Shown: positions 1 through 12,009 of the stretch, in pieces | Layout: every line of letters begins with the position of its first letter | Numbering within the stretch: the stretch's first letter is position 1 | Origin: Lobosporangium transversale | Lineage: Eukaryota | DNA: 64,000 bases | Assembly (NCBI RefSeq): GCF_002105155.1 | Contig: NW_019028999.1 | Coordinates: 248,001 to 312,000 of the forward strand | Direction of reading: 5' to 3' | Made by a program: the position numbers and the translations under genes | Notes under the pieces: generated by a model | Told to the model about the DNA's origin: nothing | Database searches by the model: none | The model's input: the letters and a program-made list of their open reading frames with translations, nothing else

Positions 1-1161
1 CAAGTAAGCAAATATTAAATACAGCTTAATTTTGAAATAATTTCTTGATTAACCAGTAAATTTGTTACCCTCGTCTAAATTTCTAGATATAAAGGAACCA
101 TACTCTTCTTTAATATCATGTTTGTGTCTCTGTCTGGAAAGTATGCCAATTTTGGCGTGTTCAAGCTTTATGGAGACAAAGCACTGGATCGTGTCCTCGA
201 ATTATTTTTTCAGCTGATAACTGCTATACCTATCGATGATATGATTGTAACCTCGATACTAGTGCTCGCTTCCATACAGCATGCAATATATTTATAATGA
301 TATGGATTGACTTTTTAAACTTTGATGAACTACCATAGTCCTATCCAAAGCTTGCCCTTGCCTACTTTAACGCTGTAAACGTGTTCGCAACAGACCACAT
401 GGCTGGATTACCAATGATGCCCCATGCAGTGTTGTCCTATATCTTCCAAACTATGGGCGAAGCTATACCTCTACACTCAACTGATGCCACTTGCTCGACA
501 TTAGCCTGCTCTGCGACCGATAAGATCTGCACCTTCGTGTTTAATTGGCTTTACAGGGACAAGATTCGTAGGCATAGTGGTACTGATGCAGAGAAAATTC
601 AAGGCTCATCTTTAAATAGAGATGGTTTAGTGAACAATGTCAGTCAGCAAAATGAAGGACATGTAGTAAGCTTGTCCAACGATAGCCGTCGGTACCAGCA
701 GCAGAGCTCACATTGGTTGGTGGAGTATGTGCATACTAACAAGAGCATGCTCAGCTATATTTTTATGGTGCTCTTTCAAGCCGTGGCTTTCGAAAGTCGC
801 GGGAATCATTGGAGTCTAAGTCGACCTTTGCTGGGACTCATCCTTCTGAACAGAGAGTTCTATGCAGAATACACAGTGCGATTTGTAAGAATGCAGTTAC
901 TAGATCGGCAGGAGCTGCTCCAAAAAGCAATCGATGGCGTAAGCACTTGCAATTTGTACCTTGTTAGAGGCTAGAACCTGCGAAATGGCAACAATTAACT
1001 TCATGACTTTTTATTTCAAATAGCTAATGGAGGGCATTGAGAATAACTTGACTACTGCCAACCGCGACAAGTTTACAACAAACGTAACAGCTTTTAGACG
1101 TGAATGTAACCAGATGACTCTAATAGCGATTAATCCTGACGATATTGGACAATTATTGTAA
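1..1161 (+). CDS. XPO7: Exportin-7/RanBP16-17-like karyopherin, 3' part (gene starts upstream of the window); exons ~87-246, 339-938, 1024-1161
   Basis: Spliced translation gives YKG..LSGKYANFGVFKLYGD..NHWSLSRPLLGLIL..LMEGIENNLTTANRDKFT, the exportin-7 C-terminal signatures; GT-AG introns; TAA at 1159-1161. Confidence 0.88.
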
Positions 1162-1256
1162 TAAACAAATAAAATGATACAGTAGGACAGTAGGAGGTTT
1201 GTTTATTCAGTTATTAAAATTATAATGCTAATTCGTGGGTTTACTGCTTGAAGTTA

Positions 1257-1416
1257 CTTGGCTGACTTTAAAGTTAGAGACTCATACCGATATCGGTATT
1301 AGTCAATTATAAGCCTACCACTTAATAAACCTTTTGTAATTGATAGCGGACTAACCAAAATGGCAGCGGTAGAACATCGGTATGAGCCTCTGTTTTAAAG
1401 ACTTGAGTTCACCAAG
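1257..1416. repeat. Short imperfect inverted repeat (MITE-like hairpin)
   Basis: agagactcataccgat (~1276-1291) pairs with atcggtatgagcctct (~1376-1391); flanking ctttaaag/ttttaaag and cttggctga/ttcaccaag extend the stem. Confidence 0.7.
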
Positions 1417-1455
1417 ACAAACGCAGGAGTATTGGGTCAGATAAAGGGAAAATTA

Positions 1456-2744
1456 CGATCGTATTGATTTTAGTATCAGGTGGCTAGTATGGCATACTAG
1501 TACTGCGTACCAAAATAACGAAAATTTAGTATGACATACTCGTACTGCGTACCAAAATAACAAAAACAATTCCGCTTCCACAGCTGCAAAGTATCCAAAC
1601 TCACCATCCCTCTTCACAAAACCTGTCGTATAGAGCATCTGGTCTCTATGGTTCCTGAGAACGCGGATATACGTATATGGAGTACTCAGGCACTCTGGGA
1701 GCATTGTAGAGATGGATCCCGTAAATGCATATTAATATTAATTTCACCCTCGTCCCGAGCGCTCTTTTTTCTGATGAAGTGATACTAGGCGCAGTACGAG
1801 TATGTTATACTAAACTTTCGTTAATTTGGTACGCAGTACGAGTATACCATACTGGACACTTGATACTAAAGTCAATACGATCTTTTTATATCTGTATGGA
1901 TTCGATGACATACCTCTAGCAAAAAAGGGGACGGAAAGGTGTGCTTTGCATTTTTGTAGGCAGGGAATAAAAAATGAAAATGGTAAATGGGGCTAGATGC
2001 GCTAAAAGAGTGGAGGCAAGTAAACGGTGAACAGAGTGCATCATGATGGTATAGTTTGATATATGGTGTCTGCTGATTTTTTTTTACTGATTTTTTTCCT
2101 TCCTTTGAATGTAATAGGCGGCTGATTTCTGCTAGTAGGGAGCACAGAAAACTGGATCTAATCCGCCTATGAGTTTGTGGGAAAAAATCAGTCAATCACC
2201 AAAAAAATACCAGCAAACACCATATATCAAGCTAAATCATCACGATGCACCATGTCCACCATTTACTTGCCTCCACTCTTTTAGTGCATCTACCCCCATT
2301 TACCATTTTCATTTTTTATTCCCTGCCTAAAGAAAAACAAAACACCTTTCCGGCCCCTTGTTTGCTAGAGGTATGTTGCCGAATCCATACAGATATAAAA
2401 GGATCGTACTGATTTTAGTATCAAGAGTCCAGTATAGCATACTAGTACTGCGTACCAAAGTAACAAAAATGGTATCATGAAAGAAGATTTAATATCACTT
2501 TCTATGGGTTTTGTGCGGGTCAGTTTTTGTGTTAGTATCGCTTGCATATTTATTTATGAATGTCAATCTTTGTCTATGAATGTCTAGTATCACTTCATCA
2601 GAAAAAAGAGCGCTCGGGACGAGGGTGAAATTAATATTAATATGCATTTACGGGATCCATCTCTGCAATGCTCCCAGACCGCCTGAGTACTCCATATACG
2701 TACATCCGCGTTCTCAGGGTCCATAGAAAAGCAGATACTCTATA
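1456..2744. repeat. Nested foldback (inverted-repeat) complex containing five copies of a ~42-bp unit
   Basis: 1629-1787 is the reverse complement of 2584-2744; ~1822-2125 of ~2160-2468; ~1456-1549 of ~1790-1882. Unit tagtatggcatactagtactgcgtaccaaaataacgaaaatt occurs twice in tandem (1484-1567), twice inverted (1790-1856) and once at 2430-2471. Confidence 0.92.
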
Positions 2745-4120
2745 GTAAAGTCCCTCATTTCGGCTCCAAACGTGCTAAAACCTCTAAAGTCGATAAAGCA
2801 ACTGAAAATATATCTTTCAAAACAGGAAATTGTATTTTTGGGTAAAAATTGAAAATGTTTATATTTAAAAGTTTGAGAATTAGGGCATCTTGAAGTCAAT
2901 GTTTCTACGAAAATTGTCTAGCTTTTAGACAAAATATTGTAGAACCATCAGAATATCTCCAAAACTTATCAAACTTTCCAAAAAGTAAGAGTATGTAGTG
3001 CATAATATAATGTACTAAGGGACCATACGTGTTCTTATAAAGGAATCTGAAGTTCCTTAATGAATAAAACCAGAAAATCACTAAAAAATGATATATTTCT
3101 CTCTTCAGCTATAAGTAAAGTCTATGAAAAATGCTTGGATTTTGGAAAACTAAGACTCTATACAAAGCTATGTAATGTATCTATCATATACTGTGTGGAA
3201 AAGCTCTTTGACTTATTTTTGAGGGAAAGGCAGACACCTTGGCTTGACATTGAACCTCATTTCGACCATTTTATAACCTTTAAACGGCAATAATTCCATA
3301 AATACTTCAAGGATTTCGATCAAAACATCCTTGCTTTGTAAGCACAAACGTCTTATATCACTTGATACCTCATCCATTTTTCTATAATCGATATACATCC
3401 AGCAATAGACTATTTTACTATTTGCGATAATCTAGCTGTTGAAGTCTTGTAAATCCATTTTTTTTTTACATTAATTTTGTGCGGCAAACTTAATTTCTTT
3501 TTTTTTGGATTATATTTCTATAGGTCTGTTCGGACGTTTACCTGGTTCTGATCATAATAGCAGGAATAATTAGTTCGGTCAATAGACAATTTGAAAAGTC
3601 GATATTATTCTCTTAAAAGAGCGTCACTATTTATTGATTTTTGCATATATGGAGCCTCTCGTAAGAGAAGTTCTTTATATAACGAATATTTTTTATTGAC
3701 AAACTATTTCCTCTTTTTTGCTTGTCACAGGCTAACTGTACGCTTGTTTAAGCTTACTGTGCTTAAAAAAAACTTCTCATCCACGATCCGACGTCTTTCG
3801 TCTCGTAGCTCCTTCCACAGTTGTAGATTTTCTCGTACATCTCTGAGCATACGAATACGATGCTCCAGATAAGGTTTCAAGAAGCCAGCATGGAACATGT
3901 TTGATAAAAATATATCTTAAAAAAGAAGGTTTATTTGTACCCGGCATGGCGTCTTGGTTGTGTAATTTATAGACATGTAATTGAAAGTAAACAATGCAGG
4001 CCATGCGATGTTTGATCTACCTTCTATTAAAGATAGTCACTATTGATTCGAATATTTTACAGAACAATTGACTTTTCAAATTGTCTAATAAATTTTTCAA
4101 CTTTAATTAATACTCGAAAA

Positions 4121-5374
<1,254 letters not shown>

Positions 5375-5424
5375 TCAAAGGAACAAGATGTGGATGGGAG
5401 AAGAAAGAGGGAGTAAAAGCGCCT

Positions 5425-5431
5425 TTTTATA
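5425..5431 (-). promoter_or_regulatory. Probable TATA box of polyubiquitin
   Basis: TATAAAA on the minus strand ~160 bp upstream of the ATG. Confidence 0.55.
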
Positions 5432-5516
5432 TGTGTTGACTGCGTGCGCCAAGAGTTTCCTTTCTTAGAAAAATGTCAGTTGACACTAGAATCTGCCAGA
5501 AATGACCAAATTTGTG

Positions 5517-5615
5517 AGAGCAATTTGAACTCAGGCTACACAAGGCCCAGATTTTTGGACTTTTGTAGAGCAATTTAAACTCAGCAAATATACATAGCCC
5601 ACAATTTAGACTTGT
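5517..5615. repeat. Degenerate ~50-bp tandem duplication
   Basis: agagcaatttgaactcagg...gcccagatttttggacttttg versus agagcaatttaaactcagc...gcccacaatttagacttgtg. Confidence 0.65.
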
Positions 5616-6064
5616 GGTGTTGCATCGCCTCCCACAGTAACTTGTGGTCTTTTCCGATCCTCAACGCCATTCAAGCTGGTTTCGGCTTTGGACAGCAAAA
5701 ATAGGGCAATATTCCACAATCAAACCAAGTGACATTCGTCATAGACTCAATTGACACTAGCGAGTTGATTTTCAAACAGGGAACGGGTCGTTATATTCTG
5801 CGGCAGCGTCTGCAAAAGATAAAGATATACCTCCGGGTCATTTTTTTTAACATTCATACTTTAAGGTCACGATTGTCTGTTCCTGATATATGTCTATCAT
5901 TATGACACATGAGCATATTACATTCTTCTTGCGTTATTGTGAATAATGCTCTACATTCTTTCAGTATTTGACTACTCATTCTGAACAGCCTCATTCAGTT
6001 GAATTTGAAAGTTTCCATACACTTTTAAATTGAACTGCTGAATGTGTTGATGTGACGGGAGAGT

Positions 6065-7050
6065 GAACAGTGGCCTACTAAGATGTATTTCACTGAGGAC
6101 TTGTATTCTATTTCAATTCATTCGACCTTGAAAGACCTTATCCTACTACTTGGTTGAGTTCCTGAAATTTGACGACCCTTTTCGACATCATACTTCTTTA
6201 AAGGACTGCTATCGCCTCTTCCTCACTTATTGGTTTTCACTGACCATTTGTTTATTAAGACGATTCTTTAGAATCGATCAGGTAATCTCAGTGGGGTTCA
6301 CCTCTAGAGAGTTGATAGAGCAGAAGGTGTCTTTGATCTATTCTCTTCTCGCCATCTATTTACTTGCTTGCTTGTGTGAATAGAAGAGCTGTCTCTCATC
6401 ATAGTAAGCATTAACTTTGCCCATAATTTCTTCAACTTTTCCTCGTAAACGATGCTAGTGAAGACTTGATCCTTGTTATTGTTGTTCCCCTCAATGATGA
6501 CGGATCTTATCTTTTAATTACTAGCATTAGCAGTCCTAATTGGCTTAATGTTTTCTAGTAGATACGTTTTCTCGTCCGTCAACCAAATAAGGATCCTCGA
6601 AAAGTCCTTGTCTATTTAGAAGCAAAATTCATCGGCCCATATAGTTCTCTCCGAGTCCACCTAACTCCCCTTTTTTTCCTGGAGAAAAGCTATCCATGCT
6701 CCAACACGCCTTTTTTCCATAACTGGGACACTACTAAAAATCTCATTCTTGTGGAGCAGTGCCTGGCTGAACTTTGGCTGATAGGCATAGGAGTGTCAGC
6801 GGCGATTTTTTGACGTAATTAGGTGGAGTCTTGGTACCGAAAGGTAGAAAAATGGGTCTACAGCTAGAAGGTTTTTGGGATCTCAGTGCTCTCCTTTACC
6901 TATTTCTTGATCACTTGAAGGACTGTTTGAAGCTTTTTGCAAGCTTGCTAGAAAGAGCGCTGGTTTCGTAGGCATTCAGTGATCCCACCTTTCTACTCGC
7001 AGAAGAGGTGTTTGACGTCTTGAAAAGCAGTCTTAACTCGTTTAATGTGG
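6065..7050 (-). mobile_element. Degenerate Tc1/mariner (DDE) transposase relic
   Basis: Manual minus-strand translation: TIWADEFCF*...ILIW..DEKTYLLENIKP (~6545-6650, cf. VIWSDES), MRDSSSIHTSKQVNRWREEN (~6340-6400, cf. QDNAPIHTSK), NSLEVNPTEIT*SILKNRLNK (~6255-6315, cf. SPDLNPIENLW); has stops and frameshifts. Confidence 0.8.
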
Positions 7051-7144
7051 CTTATCAAGGATCTTTCTGGTTAGCCAATTCTGCCAGGTCTGGCATTTAA
7101 TTGTTCAACTTAACGTTCGCCTTCGCTGAAGCCAACAATCCGAC

Positions 7145-8488
7145 ATGGCGCAACCAATCGAGCGCAATCAGGATGCTACAGTATATGTCGGCAATCTGGA
7201 TGACCGCTGCACCGATGCCTTGATTTGGGAACTTATGGCACAAGCTGGACCCGTTGGTAAGCTTTTCATTCGCAAGTATGTGGACATTTACATTAATAGA
7301 TCACGTCTAAAGTTAGGCTAGTGATACCAAATATCATTTTTTTTGTACCTTGCGAATAGTCAATGTGCACTTGCCAAAGGACAGGGTAACACAAACGCAC
7401 CAGAACTATGGTTTTTGTGAATATGTTTCTGAAGATGATGCCGACTACGCTTGCAAGATCCTTAATCAGGTTAAACTCTTTGGAAAGCCACTCAGGATCA
7501 ACAAAGCAACATCAGACAAAAAGAATTTGGATGTAGGAGCATCGCTGTTCATTGGAAACCTGGCGCCAGATGCAGATGAGACTTTATTGAGAGATACGTT
7601 TAGTGCATTTGGAACGATTGTGGGACATGCTAAAATCGCGCGTGACTTAGAGACTGGACAATCCAAAGGCTATGGATTTGTTAGCTTTGACAACTTTGAG
7701 AGCTCTGATGCTGCTATCGATGCCATGAATGGCCAAATCCTAGCTAATAAACCCATCACAGTGAGCTATGCATATAAGAAGGACGGAAAAGGAGAAAGGC
7801 ATGGATCCGCTGCAGGTATGCTTTCACCAGTTTATAGACGCAATGTTAGCGGGGGGGGGGGGGGTTTAAGAATTGATTATAGTACTGACCTTTATTTTAT
7901 TTTCAATATTGTAATCGTCCAGAGCGACTTATTGCTGCACAAGGAAGAAAAAATCAACCCGCTATGCCCAACCGTTTGTTTGCGGATATTCCAGGAACAG
8001 GACCTGGAGTATTTACGCCGACAGGAGCAAATGCTACAGGTATTGCACCTGTATCTCGTCCTCCACCTTCATTTTCACAAGCATCACTCTCACAAGGACA
8101 CCCAGGCATGCCTCGACCACCTGCTCCTTACGGACAGCAGCTTCCTCATCCTCCGCGGTTTAGTGGTTCAGGACACCCTAACCACATGCAACAACAGCCA
8201 CAGTACCATGGAAGCAATGCTATTCCATTGGGTCAACCTTCAAGGCCACCGCCTTTTGGCGCGATCCATCCGCCAGGTAGTACTGTCCCGCCGCCTCCTG
8301 GTATCTATGCACCTAATCCTAATCACCCCCCGATGATGCAAGGCGCACCACCGCCAGGATATCCTCCGATGCAGCAACCAGGTTATTTAGGGGCACCACC
8401 TATGCGCCCCCCAGGAAACTACACGCCCTATGGAGCACCGCCTCCACCACCACCGCTACAAGGATACCAAGGCTTTCCCGGCCAGTAG
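7145..8488 (+). CDS. SF3B4: Splicing factor 3B subunit 4 (SAP49/Hsh49): 2 RRMs plus Pro-rich tail; exons 7145-7256, 7360-7815, 7923-8488
   Basis: [65 protein letters not shown] introns keep the frame. Confidence 0.96.
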
Positions 8489-8912
8489 AATCATTGCAGC
8501 ATTGCATAAACTTTTGATTAAAGAGAATAAAAAGACATACTAGAAAAAATATAGCCTTCATGTCCCATTGTGTATTCGCTTCGCCTATTAAGGATTAATT
8601 AGACGGTATGGTCCCTTAAAATTTTATCCAAAATGGATGTGCTTTCGCACGATATGGATGGTACATACTGATAAACATTCAACCATCAGATCAATAATAC
8701 ATACAAATAATGTCTCCACATCATGGGCTTCCAAGTCGTATGTCCCATCTCTAAGATAGGCAAATAAACAAGTTGGTATAGTCCTGTCGAAATGAAGCGT
8801 AGGCGATATTCTTAGACACATCCTCCACAAAGTGGCCTCCCCGCTTTTTACCGAAATGTGTAATAAATCTGCAAAAAAAAAAAAAAAAAAAAAAAAAACA
8901 TATTCTTTCATT

Positions 8913-9439
8913 ATGTCCACCGCATCTCTCATTCAAGAATTTTTCCCATCTGCAAACCAAAGGTTTGCCGTCGTGGGGGCTTCATCTAATCGTACCAAGT
9001 TTGGCAATAAAGTCTTATGTTGGTAAGGGCAGACACAGCGTTACCATGTATATGCTGATATGTGCGAGTTCATTAAATAGTAATGAAACAAACACTATCT
9101 TTTTTATAAAAAACACTGGTCAGGTACATTAACCATGGCTATACAGCAGTCCCTGTGAATCCAAAAGAGTCTGTGATTGAAACCCTTACCTGTGTCAAGA
9201 ACTTGTCCTCGTTGCCCGGAAAGCCCTCGGAGTACCATCTCTCGATTATCACTCCCCCTTCCGTGACCAAATTTGTATTGGAGGAGGCTCATAAAAATGG
9301 CATTACGCGAATCTGGCTACAGCCGGGTGTTGAGTCGCCTGAGGCATTGGCATTTGCTAAAGATGTCGGTCTTCATGTTATTGCAGGTGGTCCATGTGTC
9401 CTCATAGAGGGGATCACGAGTCATCAAGCAAAGCTCTAA
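8913..9439 (+). CDS. CoA-binding domain protein (YccU-like Rossmann fold); one intron ~9023-9123
   Basis: FAVVGASSNRTKFGNKV..PVNPK..IWLQPGVES..GPCVL motifs. Confidence 0.88.
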
Positions 9440-9572
9440 AAAGACCATTATCAGATTGTGTCAAGCAATCAAGTAAAAAAAAAAAATAAAAGTTTTGTCA
9501 AAAGCTTTTATTATTATTATCAATGAAAATGGAAAGTGGATGAATAAGGCTGTCATTATTATGAAGATCCGA

Positions 9573-11482
9573 TTAAGAAACAGGCACGTCAGTCTCGCCA
9601 CTAATGATCTGAAATAACTTTGACAGAATTGCCTCATTATCGCGCAGACCTGAGTGCATGTATTCGTTGGTAATCCAGAGTCGGAGGCCTTGAATGCGAC
9701 TGGCAGTTTTCTCGGAGCACTCACGGGCTACAAACATATCGTCATAGTACATGGCCGCAGCCACAGGGACCGTATTCTTAGCTAGTACCTCAGGATCATA
9801 CAGCTTTGGCCAAGTATTGCACTTGGCCAAAATTTCGGCACACTCTTTCAACGGTTGAAGCGAAGCGTAATCATCCAGCATCCAGTCAAACATGTGCTCG
9901 CCTTTAAAAAATCAGGGATAGCAGATAAATAGCGAGTAAATATACACAAGATCATTCATTATAGACTGCGCAGCCATGAGTTTTTTTTACCTGTAAAGTA
10001 CACTGGCTTGTCCGAAGTATCTTTCTCAAGTGAGTATTCAAATGTGGATTTGAATTCTTCCTTCAACAGACGAGAAGCTGTCCAGTTGGATGCCACACCT
10101 GGTCCGTCATTGTAAATTGCCTCATGCAAGATCACATATATTGGTGGCGTCTGCTCCTGTGATTCCATCTCCGTCAGAAATAAGCTTGAGAGTTCCTCTT
10201 TACCGTCGCTCAACGTCACAAATGCCTGCAAACAGAGAGAATGTATACGATCCATACCTCCTGACAATCCAAGGCTGAGACCCAACTGCTGAAACCTGCG
10301 TGGGGTGAGGATGCCGCCTGTTGGGAGTCTGACTTCGTTCGTAGCCAAATACTTCATGATCTTCTTGACACGCTTAATGTCCATTGGAAATCGTTTGTAA
10401 TAGCGTTCTGTATGCTCTATGGCGCTCTTGAACGTTTTTCGATATACGGTCTCCAGAGAATCAAAGACAGGTGGGATACCACCAGTGATGTATGCTGCGG
10501 TAACGGACGCTGGACTAAAGGAATGAATGATTGATATCAGTCAATGAAGAGTCGATAATCATTGTCCATTTAGTCCTCCGATTTAAAAAGAAAAAAGAAA
10601 AAAGAAAAAAGGATACATACAACAGTGATAAATATGTAGTGATGCAGAATCCGCCAAAACTTTGTCCCAACAGGCTCCATTTTTTTTCTGAATAGTTTGC
10701 TATTCAATAAAATCAAGACTAATGTATGTCAGTATAAATATATCTGTTTCTTGAAAAATTCCCACGCTAACTAATAACAACAGCAATAATGACTCAAAGG
10801 CAACTTCTGAATGCTCAACATCCTTAACACATACCCAGAAGAGTCTCTCGAATCAATTCAGAATCGCGAACAATAGAGTCAGCACGGAAATACATAAAGT
10901 AATCTGCTTGTTCTTGAGGTGTCTTGAACTGTGAAAGTCGCTGGACAGTCATTGGCGTTGACAATCCTGTGCCACGTTGGTCCAGCAACAAGACATTATA
11001 TTTCTTTGCGGCCATCTTAACCCAGGCACTAAATGGCGCATTATCATCAATTGAGCCATAGCTTTTGGTTAAGTGTTTATCGAGAATAAGAGTTAAAAAA
11101 AAAGGATTCGCTAGTATACGAGTCATTACGTGTTGTAGTCTGGGGCTTGAAATCCAGGTCCTCCTTGGAAAAAAACTAGCCATGGCATCTTTTCTGCATC
11201 ATCCTGTCGTTCAACAGCAACAACCTGGCAATAAGAAAACAATTGCGGAGACTATTAGACTTATTTATTTTTTTAGGAACTTTGGGCAAGTTTATATGGC
11301 AAACTTACCCTGCGCGCAAAGACAACAATTGTTTGCTTGCTGCTCTGGTCGGTGTGGTTGAGTGGCAGGTCAAAGTAGTAGTCAAAAGTTTTGAGACCAT
11401 TCGCAACAAAAGACTCAATGGGACCTGGATGAAGATAGCTCCTTTTTGGAGGAGAGGAGTCAGAAGAATTAGAGCTGGTCAT
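9573..11482 (-). CDS. Prolyl aminopeptidase / proline iminopeptidase (alpha/beta hydrolase, S33), multi-exon
   Basis: FFQGGPGFQAP, LLDQRGTGLS, FRADSIVRDSE, nucleophile elbow LLGQSFGG (~10650-10675), YYDDMFV, TNEYMHSGLR; start codon tentative. Confidence 0.9.
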
Positions 11483-11776
11483 GACTGGATGGTTGATGTA
11501 TGAGGTTGTGGATAAGGAGAAAGTATAGCAGGAGCGAGCAGCACGATTAAATGTGCAAAACACACGAATGCAGCGTCTGGGAACCCTGACGACGATTGGC
11601 TGGGAAGGAAAGAAAGCACCCAAAATTTGTTATTGGACAATCGAACAAAGAGACAATATTGCCTTGTCTAATTATAAAAACATTTACACTCTCTAAGTGA
11701 TGGTATGCGCAGGAACAGAACATTTTGACTAAAATCAATTGAAGTGATTGGTGGAAGGATTAAAAACGCAGGATGC

Positions 11777-11836
11777 GATGTCATTGCATTTAATATGATG
11801 TCATGATGTCATACTGATACTCGGTCATATTAAAAA
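11777..11836 (+). promoter_or_regulatory. Three GATGTCAT (CRE/ATF-like) motifs followed by a TATA-like element
   Basis: GATGTCAT at 11777, 11797 and 11805; tattaaaa at ~11828, upstream of the ORF at 12010. Confidence 0.4.
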
Positions 11837-12009
11837 GACCTGGCTCTCTCTAATCAAACATCTCTTCATTGTTTCATTCACCCTTTCCACTATTCCTATC
11901 CCATCCCCTCCCTAGTCCTCTTTCTAATTGCTATCCTTCCGTCTATCTTCTTTAGTGAAGGATCCTTTCGCTCTCATACCCTCGTGCAAACTGATAATAA
12001 TTATCCATC

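Noticed and set aside
1484..1567. CRISPR-like array from the 42-bp palindromic units
   Set aside because: Units abut without unique spacers, occur in both orientations, and there are no cas genes; the context is eukaryotic
1453..2547. Short ORFs sharing LFWYAVLVC..LILKSIRS
   Set aside because: They are translations of the repeated DNA unit with non-ATG or arbitrary starts and no coding signature
5454..5502. Heat-shock element in the polyubiquitin promoter
   Set aside because: GAA/TTC blocks are present but the spacing does not fit contiguous nGAAn inverted repeats
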